A stretch of DNA of 63,022 nt from NCBI GenBank assembly GCA_049509215.1, contig JBELAC010000001.1:1-63022 (forward strand), given 5' to 3'. Source of the DNA: Terriglobales bacterium (GTDB taxonomy: Bacteria > Acidobacteriota > Terriglobia > Terriglobales > Acidobacteriaceae). Positions 29,114-37,363 of this stretch are shown here, piece after piece. Every line of letters begins with the position of its first letter. The stretch's first letter is position 1. The notes beneath the pieces are model-generated. The model searched no databases. It saw only the letters and a program-made list of their open reading frames with translations, and was not told the DNA's origin. The position numbers and the translations under genes are program-made.

Positions 29114-29293
29114 TTATTCGGTGGCACTCGGGGACGAAAAGGTTTGCGAGCCGCCGGCCGGGCGCGGCTGCAACAGAGATTGATCGAATGCTTCAATAAT
29201 CTCTTTCACGAGGCATGTCAATTTTTCTGCATCCTCTTCCTTGGCAGCGGCCACACATAGCTCGCGCCAGTCATATTTTGCGCCTTCAGCCAT
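29114..29293 (-). CDS. small helical hypothetical protein (59 aa, below the ORF-track cutoff)
   Basis: AAGGAGG SD 4 nt upstream of the ATG. Product is MAEGAKYDWRELCVAAAKEEDAEKLTCLVKEIIEAFDQSLLQPRPAGGSQTFSSPSATE. Confidence 0.55.
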   Translation of the reverse strand: MAEGAKYDWRELCVAAAKEEDAEKLTCLVKEIIEAFDQSLLQPRPAGGSQTFSSPSATE

Positions 29294-29571
29294 TTTGCCT
29301 CCTTGAAATTCGAAATAGTCAAAGCAAGTCTGATACCAGACCCTAAGTGTTTCATCCCACAGGAAAAACCCGAGGGGCGGTGCGTGTAAATATTTCTAGC
29401 GTAGCGTTTCCTACGGAAGTTTCGGCGCATTTCCTCCCTACCGCGAGGCGAGGGCGGATTTAGAGAGTACACCCGATGGCTCAACCTGGCCTCGGGAGGC
29501 AAACTGACAAGGCTGTGGTTTAGGAAAAACGACAGCGAGGACAATGACGTGGATCACAATCAAATTGAAAG

Positions 29572-29585
29572 ACACTGATCAGTGT
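29572..29585. promoter_or_regulatory. perfect 14-bp palindrome ACACTGATCAGTGT in the divergent intergenic region
   Basis: Self-complementary as read. Lies about 210 bp upstream of csbD and about 280 bp upstream of the 59-aa ORF. Confidence 0.3.
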
Positions 29586-29792
29586 GCGTCAGAGATTCAG
29601 AACTGACTGGGAGTTGGCACAACATCAAGAGATTGTTCACTCAAACGACAGCGAAAGCGGCCCTCCTTCGGATCACACGGTCGACAGTCAAAATGAGCGG
29701 AATTAGAAGCGCGAGCGTGCTGCGCAAAACAACGTTTTTGACTATCTAGGAAATAAACGACGAACTTAAACAAATTAAGTCGGAGGCATGAG

Positions 29793-30023
29793 ATGAACAA
29801 GGATCGCGCGGAAGGCAACGTAAAGGACGTTGCGGGACGTGTCGAGCGCCAAGCTGGAGAATGGACCGACATTCCGAAAATGCAGTTGCGCGGCACCGCA
29901 AAACAGGCTGAAGGAAAAGTTCAGAATGCTGTTGGCCAACTAAAGGATGCTGCTCGGAAACGCTCGAGCGAAGAAGACCAGACTGCAGCCTCCGAAAATG
30001 CGGGGCGTCACGGCCGGCCCTAG
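29793..30023 (+). CDS. csbD: CsbD-family stress protein
   Basis: GGAGG SD. MNKDRAEGNVKDVAGRVERQAGEWTD...GTAKQAEGKVQNAVGQLKDA is the repeated K.AEGK.K...G.VK pattern of the CsbD family. Confidence 0.85.
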   Translation: MNKDRAEGNVKDVAGRVERQAGEWTDIPKMQLRGTAKQAEGKVQNAVGQLKDAARKRSSEEDQTAASENAGRHGRP

Positions 30024-30165
30024 TTTCTAGTCCGAAGCGGAGGGCCGACTGACCAAACTCCACCTTCTGCTTTAGCTTCATGTCTCTATTGGGGACCGAC
30101 TGTATTGTCGGCGCACGGTAGACAATAATTCTTGCAGCAGTGGCGCGGACTTAGGAGTGTTTCAA

Positions 30166-30546
30166 TTGATCCGCATTCTTTTGGCAGACGACAATCCGGT
30201 AGTGCGGCGTTGCCTTCGCGGCGTCCTTGAGCAGCAGGAGGGTTGGCAAGTTTGTGACGAGGCATGCGACGGAGCGGACGCTGTACGGCGATTCGAACAC
30301 GGCCACCACGATCTGATCGTGCTCGATTTCCAAATGCCGGAAATGAATGGATTGGAAGCAGCGCGGCAGATCATTCGCGAATCACCGGAAACACCGATTT
30401 TGATGGTTACTCTGTACCTCTCAAAGCAACTGTCGGCGGAAGCCCAGAAAGCCGGGATTAAGGGCACCTGCCCGAAGACTCACATCAGTTGCGTCGTGGA
30501 CGCAGTTTCGGCCCTTCTTCGCGAAGAAACCTACTTTCCCAACTGA
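30166..30546 (+). CDS. single-domain response regulator (REC only)
   Basis: AGGAG SD 8 nt before TTG 30166, giving MIRILLADDNPVV. Phospho-acceptor LIVLDFQMPEMNG, then LMVT and a K. The ORF track starts at GTG 30157. Confidence 0.85.
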   Translation: MIRILLADDNPVVRRCLRGVLEQQEGWQVCDEACDGADAVRRFEHGHHDLIVLDFQMPEMNGLEAARQIIRESPETPILMVTLYLSKQLSAEAQKAGIKGTCPKTHISCVVDAVSALLREETYFPN

Positions 30547-30800
30547 GTTTTTGCGGTCGCCGAGCATACAGGGTTCACTGTATTCGACGCAGGGCGGCTC
30601 TCTGCTACTGTTTACTACGTTCATGGCCGTTGCAATCCAATCAAGCTTCGGGGCTCCGGATCAGTAATTTCTGCCACTTCGGATTGCGGAAAACTATTGG
30701 GGAGCTGAGCCTGGAGCTTAACCAGCTTGGGAAGTGTTAAAGATTAAGAAGCGGGCAGATCAGCCGGCTTTCAGCACACTCTCGATATCTGGGGAGCTTT

Positions 30801-31211
30801 ATGGCGGTTCGCATCCTGGTGGCTGATGACCATCCTGTCGTAAGGCGGGGGATCATGAACCTGCTCGCTTCACATCCGGGTTGGGAAATAGTGGACGAAG
30901 CAGTCGACGGCCAAGAAGCGGTGGAGAAGGCAAGTCAATTGAATCCTGATGTCATCGTTTTGGATCTAAGTATGCCAAGGATAGGCGGATTGGACGCCTG
31001 CCGGATGATCCGCAAGAACGCTTCGCATCCCGAGATACTAGTGGTGACCCAGCACGATTCCAGGCAGATGATGCGTGAAGCAGAGGCAGCGGGAGCCAGG
31101 GGTTATGTTGTTAAATCGAATATCGCGCGAGATTTGGTAAGGGCGGTCGAGGCAACCAGTCAACACAGACCCTTTGGTCTGGGGTCCGATCCGTCCAAAC
31201 ACTTATGGTGA
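30801..31211 (+). CDS. single-domain response regulator (REC only, NarL-type receiver)
   Basis: MAVRILVADDHPVVRRG, VIVLDLSMPRIGG, LVVTQHD, GARGYVVKS. No HTH follows. Confidence 0.88.
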   Translation: MAVRILVADDHPVVRRGIMNLLASHPGWEIVDEAVDGQEAVEKASQLNPDVIVLDLSMPRIGGLDACRMIRKNASHPEILVVTQHDSRQMMREAEAAGARGYVVKSNIARDLVRAVEATSQHRPFGLGSDPSKHLW

Positions 31212-31286
31212 AACCAAGAAATGTCAATTTCACACGACGTCGGGTACCATCAAAATACATCAAGTAATTCCGCTCGGAGGCTAGTC

Positions 31287-31985
31287 ATGAAACTGCGAAT
31301 CCTGGTTGCGGACGATCACGAAGTAGTACGCCGCGGATTGTGCACGCTCCTGCAAGCACATGAAGGCTGGGAAATCTGCGGGGAGGCAATTGATGGACGA
31401 GACGCCGTCGAAAAAGCCAAAACATTAAAGCCGGATGTCGTGATTCTTGATATTGGCATGCCGAATTTGAATGGCTTGGCTGCCACCCGGCAACTGCTGC
31501 AGCACGATGCCGGCTACAAGATCATCGTCCTTACGATCACAGATGCGGATCAAGTTATCCGGGAGGCTCTCGATGCGGGAGCGCGTGGCTTCGTACTCAA
31601 ATCGGATGCAGCTCGCGATCTGGTGTCAGCGGTGGAAGCTTTGCAGCGCAACCGCATGTTTTTCACGCCGAAGGTCAACGAGATGGTTCTGGCCGGATTT
31701 CTGGACAAAGGCCACAATGGATCACGGAACGAAGTTCCGAACATGCCGAAACTGACTGCGCGGGAACACGAGGTTATTCAACTGCTGGCGGAGGGAAACA
31801 GTTCCAAGGAAGTCGCCTGCGTATTGAACCTCAGCACCAAGACAGCCGAAACGCACCGCAGCAATATCATGCGCAAACTCGGCTTCCATTCCATTCGGGA
31901 CCTGGTCGTCTATGCAATTCAGAACAACATTATCCAAGTACAAACATCCCGGGTCAGTCCGACTGAGACCTCGGTAAATTCGTAG
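31287..31985 (+). CDS. NarL/LuxR-family response regulator (REC + HTH_LuxR)
   Basis: GGAGG SD then MKLRILVADDHEVVRRG. C-terminal LTAREHEVIQLLAEGNSSKEVACVLNLSTKTAETHRSNIMRKLG. Confidence 0.9.
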   Translation: MKLRILVADDHEVVRRGLCTLLQAHEGWEICGEAIDGRDAVEKAKTLKPDVVILDIGMPNLNGLAATRQLLQHDAGYKIIVLTITDADQVIREALDAGARGFVLKSDAARDLVSAVEALQRNRMFFTPKVNEMVLAGFLDKGHNGSRNEVPNMPKLTAREHEVIQLLAEGNSSKEVACVLNLSTKTAETHRSNIMRKLGFHSIRDLVVYAIQNNIIQVQTSRVSPTETSVNS

Positions 31986-32081
31986 GAGCCACGCTTCGGG
32001 GACGAGAGAACCGCGACTGATGTTGTAGCAACTTACGGTGCGGCTCTGCGCCCTTTCAGGATAGGGGCGACTTTTGAGTTT

Positions 32082-32228
32082 TCAGCAGCCTACTAGATGA
32101 CGGGCCGGCGCCCTTGAATAATTCGGATTAAGATCACGGATGATCGCCAATACCAGCAGAATGTGAATGAAGCCCCCGCGGGTATACGAGCGAACCAACC
32201 CCAGGGCCCAGAGACTGGTCTTTTGATT
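32082..32228 (-). pseudogene. possible decayed copy of the lmo0937-like small membrane protein gene
   Basis: The minus frame reads ...LWALGLVRSYTRGGFIHILLVLAII..., compared with the intact neighbour's LWFLGLVTSYTLGGFIHILLALAVI. There is no in-frame start codon after the upstream stop. Confidence 0.3.
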
Positions 32229-32275
32229 TCAACCGCCGTGATCCCGCTCTGAAACGCATGGGCGGTAAACTCAAC

Positions 32276-32656
32276 TTATCCGTTGGTACCGGTCGCCTCG
32301 AAATCCTCGGAAGAGAACCGATCCTTCACTTTGGTTCCGAAATCCTGAACCTTGTCTGCGATGGCTGAACGCGTTTCTTCGCCCGATGCTGGCGCGAAGA
32401 TCAGACCGATTCCGACACCAACCCCGATGCCCACCACAAGGCTCACTACATTGCCAAGGATCTGACCATCGTCTCCGCGAAGTGCTTTTGAGGCGCGTGA
32501 AACTCTGTCTGAAGCCGTTTCATACCTGTCCTGAGCAAAATCGCGAATGTCACTAATGTTATCGGCGGCCCGGTTTCGCATTTTTTTTGTTGACTGGTCG
32601 GATTGCTCGAGAACATAAAGCGCGGTGCCCAACAATAATTTCCATAGATTATTCAT
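32276..32656 (-). CDS. YtxH-domain protein
   Basis: AGGAG SD. One TM segment followed by GLIFAPASGEETRSAIADKV, the YtxH signature. Confidence 0.75.
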   Translation of the reverse strand: MNNLWKLLLGTALYVLEQSDQSTKKMRNRAADNISDIRDFAQDRYETASDRVSRASKALRGDDGQILGNVVSLVVGIGVGVGIGLIFAPASGEETRSAIADKVQDFGTKVKDRFSSEDFEATGTNG

Positions 32657-32710
32657 AAGCGTTTTCTCCTAAGCATTGCATAGCAAACATGCGAAGCGGA
32701 ATGCGGCACG

Positions 32711-32863
32711 TTAGATGGCGCTTCTTCGGCCGGATATGAGATTGAAGATCAGCGTGATGACAGCGAGAGCCAGAAGAATGTGGATGAAGCCTCCCAGCGT
32801 ATAGGACGTTACCAAACCCAAAAACCACAGAACCAGCAGAATAACGAAGATTGTCCAGAGCAT
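32711..32863 (-). CDS. lmo0937-family small membrane protein (50 aa, below the ORF-track cutoff)
   Basis: AAGGAG SD 5 nt upstream of the ATG. Product is MLWTIFVILLVLWFLGLVTSYTLGGFIHILLALAVITLIFNLISGRRSAI. Confidence 0.65.
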   Translation of the reverse strand: MLWTIFVILLVLWFLGLVTSYTLGGFIHILLALAVITLIFNLISGRRSAI

Positions 32864-33095
32864 TCGCACTCCTTTGTGCGCAAAGGTTTCACCACACTGA
32901 GGAGCATAGCATCGGGGTTTCTCGTGGGAATCAGGTCCATACTGTATCTGTTGTCGAGAGTGCAGGTACTGCGTGCAAAGAGTGAGAAATTCGACAATGG
33001 ATCGATTTGATCATCGTGTAAGGCAATGCTGCCCATAATGAGTCGCCAGCAAGCTCGACTGAGACAACCTATGCCCTTTCAACTTGAATACAAAC

Positions 33096-34064
33096 TCACA
33101 CCGCGATCAGCAGATTTTCAGCGAATGGCCACCCCGCATCGATCCACTGGGCGTCACACCGGAATCCGGCTCCCATCGCGGTCTGGAACATCTCCTCGGC
33201 CGAATACTTGTGGCTGCTCTCCGTCCAAATTGTTTCCCCCTCTTGAAACTCGATTTCGACCTCAGCCTCCGAAATCGTTACAGTCTGTCGCCTCTTCGAA
33301 CGCAAGTGCATCTCTACACTCCGCGCTTCTCTATTGATCTTCGCCACATGCTCGAATTGGGCCAGGTCAAAATCGGCACCGAGCTCGCGGTTGATTCGGG
33401 CAAGCAGATTGAGGTTAAACGCAGCCGTCACCCCGAGTTCGTCGTCGTAAGCCCGGATCAGTTGCGCACTTGGCTTTTCGAGGTCCGTCCCAAGCAGAAG
33501 AGAATCTCCACGCTCAAGAATGCGCCGGACCTCCGACAGGAACTCTACCCCTGCTGGTCGATCGAAGTTGCCAATTGTGCTGCCGAGAAACAGAACGAGC
33601 AAGTGTTGGCCGGGCTTGCGACAAGCGGCAACCTCCAGCAAGCCATCGAGATATTCCCGCTCAAACCCCAGGATGCTGATCGAATCAATGTCCTGCAGTT
33701 CCCTCTCGCACATTGCCAATGCTGCCCGAGATATCTCGACCGGATAATAAAAGGTGCGTTGGCGGCGACAGAGCGCTTCCAACAACCAGCGCGTCTTCTT
33801 GCCGCTTCCGCTACCCAACTCAGCGACAGCAACGGGTTCAACAAGACGGTCCACGATCTCATCCGCATGACGCCGCAGCAACCGCTCGTCAGCCCGCGTC
33901 AGACCATACTCGGGGAGATGACTGATCACTTCGAATAGTGCAGAACCCACATCGTCATACAGATATTTGGAGGGAAGTTCCTTTTGCCCTTGCCGTCTGA
34001 GACCCGAGCGTACGTCGTCAGCAAAATCGAGCGCAGCTCTTACTGGAATCGCGGGGACAATCAT
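33096..34064 (-). CDS. egtD: L-histidine N-alpha-methyltransferase (ergothioneine biosynthesis)
   Basis: LPSKYLYDDVGSALFEVI...PEYGLTRAE-type N-terminus, an ELGSGSGKKT SAM motif, and a position directly after egtB. Confidence 0.88.
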   Translation of the reverse strand: MIVPAIPVRAALDFADDVRSGLRRQGQKELPSKYLYDDVGSALFEVISHLPEYGLTRADERLLRRHADEIVDRLVEPVAVAELGSGSGKKTRWLLEALCRRQRTFYYPVEISRAALAMCERELQDIDSISILGFEREYLDGLLEVAACRKPGQHLLVLFLGSTIGNFDRPAGVEFLSEVRRILERGDSLLLGTDLEKPSAQLIRAYDDELGVTAAFNLNLLARINRELGADFDLAQFEHVAKINREARSVEMHLRSKRRQTVTISEAEVEIEFQEGETIWTESSHKYSAEEMFQTAMGAGFRCDAQWIDAGWPFAENLLIAV

Positions 34065-34078
34065 GATCTAGCTCCTCA

Positions 34079-35410
34079 TCAGCGCTCTATACAGCGGAAA
34101 CCCGCATACGCATATTGGTAGTGCGGCTGAAACCAGTTGCGAAATGTAGGCCGTAGCATGCACGCCGCCGTTCGCGCCGAGCCGCCTTTCATGACAAAGT
34201 GCTTCCCATCAAAAAAATCAGCTGAGTACCCTCGATAAAACGGGAATACTTCGAAGCCGGGGAACGGCCGGAACTTGCTGGACGTCCACTCCCAACCATT
34301 ACCCAGCATGTCTTCCACTCCCAAAGCGCTTCTCCCTTGGGGAAACGCATTCACGGGCGCCGGCTCCCACCGATCAAAATCGAAATTGCCGAACTCTGCG
34401 CCAGGTGCGCCGCTGCCCCATGGATAAAACAATTCCCTTTCATCGTGCATGCCATAGGCAGCGCGCTGCCATTCTTCTTCCGTCGGAAGTGACTTCCCCG
34501 CCCAGCAGGCGTACGCTGCCGCTTCCGCGTGGCTAACATAGACGGGCCAATCCATTGGGAGAGGGAGTTCCTCAAACATCGCCCGCCAGAGCCACTGATC
34601 GTCCGCTTTCTTCCAGAAAGCGGGATGAGAAATTCCGTGTGAAGTTTTCCAAGCCCAATCTTCATCGCTCCACAGCGAGCGTGTCTCATAGCCGCGGCGG
34701 GCGACGAAGTCCAAGTATTGCCGGTTCGTCACCTTATATTTATCGATCGCAAAAGCCGGCACATGCGCCGTATTGGCTTCAAACTCGTTGTCCCAACCGA
34801 ACTGCTGACCATCACGCGAAAGTCCCAATGTCACCGAGCCCCCGGGGACTTCAACCATCCGGTGATTGACCGGACCAGCGGTTGAGTCCTGCGAACTGGC
34901 TTGACGAATCTTTCTGTCCAGCGGCAACTGATGCAGCATGTAAGCCAGCGTTTCGACATGCATCAGTCTGTGTTCAATAGCGACATTGAGTAACGTGTCG
35001 AGCGAAAAACCGTCGCGTCCATTCGCGTGTAATCCCACGCCATCGCTATCCAGCTTTTCATCGAGCGCGGCTCGTATCCTTCCGACGTAGTCGCGAACGC
35101 TCTCCATCGACGGCCAATCGGAAGGCTGGTCAGAAGGCAATCCTCCATCCAACGGATCAATCCCGAACGCAAACAACCGATCAAACCCAGGATTGAAAAT
35201 CTCCCCACCGACGCGCTCCCGCAGCAAGTTCCAGTCGAATGCTTCCAGGTGTCCTACATAAAAGATGATGCGGTGACGTTCCGGAATCGGCCGGTCGTAC
35301 AGAGCATTTGGAGTTACTACGTCAAACAATGCGTCGCTTCGCCCGCGGGCTCCCAAAATCCGCTCAAGAAGATTGAGCCGGACCGCGGCATCGGTTTGTA
35401 AGGTCAACAT
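34079..35410 (-). CDS. egtB: ergothioneine biosynthesis sulfoxide synthase EgtB (DinB-like + FGE-sulfatase domains)
   Basis: DinB-type N-domain (HLEAFDWN, HRLMHVETL). C-terminal FGE-like domain (VTNRQYLDF, GNGWEWTSS, GGSARTAACMLRPTFRNWF...YAYAGFRC). Confidence 0.9.
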   Translation of the reverse strand: MLTLQTDAAVRLNLLERILGARGRSDALFDVVTPNALYDRPIPERHRIIFYVGHLEAFDWNLLRERVGGEIFNPGFDRLFAFGIDPLDGGLPSDQPSDWPSMESVRDYVGRIRAALDEKLDSDGVGLHANGRDGFSLDTLLNVAIEHRLMHVETLAYMLHQLPLDRKIRQASSQDSTAGPVNHRMVEVPGGSVTLGLSRDGQQFGWDNEFEANTAHVPAFAIDKYKVTNRQYLDFVARRGYETRSLWSDEDWAWKTSHGISHPAFWKKADDQWLWRAMFEELPLPMDWPVYVSHAEAAAYACWAGKSLPTEEEWQRAAYGMHDERELFYPWGSGAPGAEFGNFDFDRWEPAPVNAFPQGRSALGVEDMLGNGWEWTSSKFRPFPGFEVFPFYRGYSADFFDGKHFVMKGGSARTAACMLRPTFRNWFQPHYQYAYAGFRCIER

Positions 35411-35776
35411 TCAGAGCCTCCCGCATTCCAGCGAAACTCCATCATCGTCGCCGCGATGACAATCTTGCGACAAACACTACTAACTGTTTAGAAGTCTTGC
35501 AGCCCACACTCTGCAAGCCTTAGATGTCGAGAATCTGCGGGAAGTCGCAAGTGGTTCAGTCTTTGTCGGCCTTCGGTTTCAGTAGCGCGGAGGAGATTGT
35601 CTGACATCCTTCGGGTCCTGACCCCGGGCCTTGCACTAACATCTTCTCGGCAATGGATCGGCACAGGATTGCGCGATGAAGATCACCAGAGCGTGTTGTG
35701 TTTCCGTCTGAACCCAACCCTCTAGTATTGAGGCCGACAGAACGTCCGGCGAGACTTGTAACCGGAGACTGATGTT

Positions 35777-35935
35777 ATGGGGTTGTTCAAGACTTACAAA
35801 TCGGGCGATACGATGCCGACGTCAGGCATTTATGCTGTCTTGCATTCCACGCCCCATATGATGATCGAGCGCCAAATGTGTGTTGAAGGAAGCCAATTCG
35901 GACGATGCACCGTGTGCCCCTTGACAGGCGCCTAA
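35777..35935 (+). CDS. small Cys-containing hypothetical protein (52 aa, below the ORF-track cutoff)
   Basis: GGAG lies 9 nt before the ATG. Product is MGLFKTYKSGDTMPTSGIYAVLHSTPHMMIERQMCVEGSQFGRCTVCPLTGA. The stop overlaps the convergent ECF sigma stop by 4 nt. Confidence 0.4.
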   Translation: MGLFKTYKSGDTMPTSGIYAVLHSTPHMMIERQMCVEGSQFGRCTVCPLTGA

Positions 35936-36624
35936 GCAGATTCGTTCGCCGCCACCCACACCACGCCGCGAAGTGGCGCTGTTTCGCTTCGCACGGGTTT
36001 CTGCTTCGCATCGACTTTGGCGTTTGCACCGGCGCTCTCTTCACGTCTTTCGATCCCCAACAGGTCGCGCATTCTCGCTTTCGCCTTGTGAAGCTGAGAC
36101 TTCGAGTTCCCGACCGAGCAGCGAAGAAGTCGGGCAATCTCGTGATGCTCGTATCCTTTGACCTCGTGCAGTATAAAAATTGTGCGGTACCCGGTCGGCA
36201 GTTCCTTCATCGCACGGGCGATAGCAATTCTGTCGACGGAACCGCACAGACGGTCGTCGAGTTTCCCCTGCTCCCGATTCAAGGTTCCATCTTGGTGTTC
36301 AATCGGCTGATCAAGAGAAACCGGACGCAATCCTTTCTTGCGCATGTGCATCAGAACTGTATTCACCGCGACTCGATAAAGCCAGGTCGAGAGAGCAGAA
36401 TCTCCTCGAAAGGTGGCGAGCTTGCGAAATGCTTGAAGAAATGCGTCTTGAGTCAAGTCTTCGGCTTCTGCCGTATTGCTCGTCATGCGGAGACACAGAG
36501 AGTAAATCTTGGTCTTATGCGCGTTAAACAGAGACGAAAAGGCGTCCGGATCGCCTTCCTGCGCCCTCCGCACGAGTTCCATATCTGATTTATGGCGGTC
36601 GGTGGAGTTCAGTTCGCTTTTCAC
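35932..36624 (-). CDS. RNA polymerase ECF-type sigma-70 factor
   Basis: Region 2 (AEDLTQDAFLQAFRKL...LSTWLYRVAVN) and region 4 (LPTGYRTIFILHEVKGYEHHEIARLLRCSVGNSKSQLHKA). GTG start with GGAG SD. ATG at 36582 is an alternative. Confidence 0.88.
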   Translation of the reverse strand: MKSELNSTDRHKSDMELVRRAQEGDPDAFSSLFNAHKTKIYSLCLRMTSNTAEAEDLTQDAFLQAFRKLATFRGDSALSTWLYRVAVNTVLMHMRKKGLRPVSLDQPIEHQDGTLNREQGKLDDRLCGSVDRIAIARAMKELPTGYRTIFILHEVKGYEHHEIARLLRCSVGNSKSQLHKAKARMRDLLGIERREESAGANAKVDAKQKPVRSETAPLRGVVWVAANESA

Positions 36625-36776
36625 TTGGAGCTCCTTTCACGGCATGCGCGGCTACGTTTGATTCCTTACGCGCACGCATTGCCGACAATAAAACCCTCCA
36701 CGTCAACCGTCCATCCAGTGATCCCGGTAGCGTCCCTCCTTCCGCGCTGTAAATTGACGGGTCGTTCTTTTTCTCC

Positions 36777-36795
36777 CCATTCGGCCGCCGAATGG
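36777..36795. promoter_or_regulatory. 19-nt palindrome CCATTCGGC-C-GCCGAATGG in the long sigma/RR spacer
   Basis: 9-bp perfect arms, read directly. Not followed by a T-run on either strand. Confidence 0.3.
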
Positions 36796-37363
36796 TGTTC
36801 CACCTATCGAGCCATCCTCGGCTAAAGCGCACTCTTTCAGAGATCTACAGGGTTGGCGGGATTGTTGAACTCCTGTACTGTCCCTATTCTGCCTTCAGTA
36901 TCAAGTGGTTTTCCTCAGATACCCCCCTCCGGGCAGGTGCCGGCAGGCTTAAACGGCCGGTCGACGCTTGCCCCTCGCCATTCACCAGGGAGGGACTTCA
37001 AGGAATCCAGCGACCACCGTCTTTTAGCTATACAAAATCTGGAGCCTTAACATGGCAGCATCTTCACGGGTTCGGGCGACACCGCGGTACTGCTCCTGCG
37101 CTGCAGATAGCCCTTGTTGTCACAAGAATCAGTTGGCGACACTCCGCTCTTCGTTCCTTCTATAGTGTGCAAGAGTAATTTTGTCGCCCTTCGATCAGGA
37201 CGCCCGAAAAGGATTCGTCGGTTGTTTTAGCTCTTTCGCTACAGATTTCTCCCTATGTACGGATTCAAGCCCCTCCCCGTACAAACAAGAGTAGCGATGT
37301 TACAGGGTTCGATTCCGGTTGAGTCGCCGAACAATTCCGATCGGTCTGCGGAAGGGTAACGAG

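Noticed and set aside
37052-37165. A 37-codon ORF (MAASSRVRATPRYCSCAADSPCCHKNQLATLRSSFLL) with GGAG 8 nt upstream, in the long sigma/RR spacer.
   Set aside because: It is short, has no supporting features, and its composition looks like a random reading frame. It is mentioned only as something Ribo-seq could test.
37296-37325. A tRNA-like T-loop string, GGTTCGATTCC, which might indicate a tRNA gene or a tRNA-derived att site.
   Set aside because: The flanking bases do not form a T-stem (caggg versus ccggt). No acceptor, D or anticodon arms can be drawn. There is no integrase or other mobile-element gene nearby.
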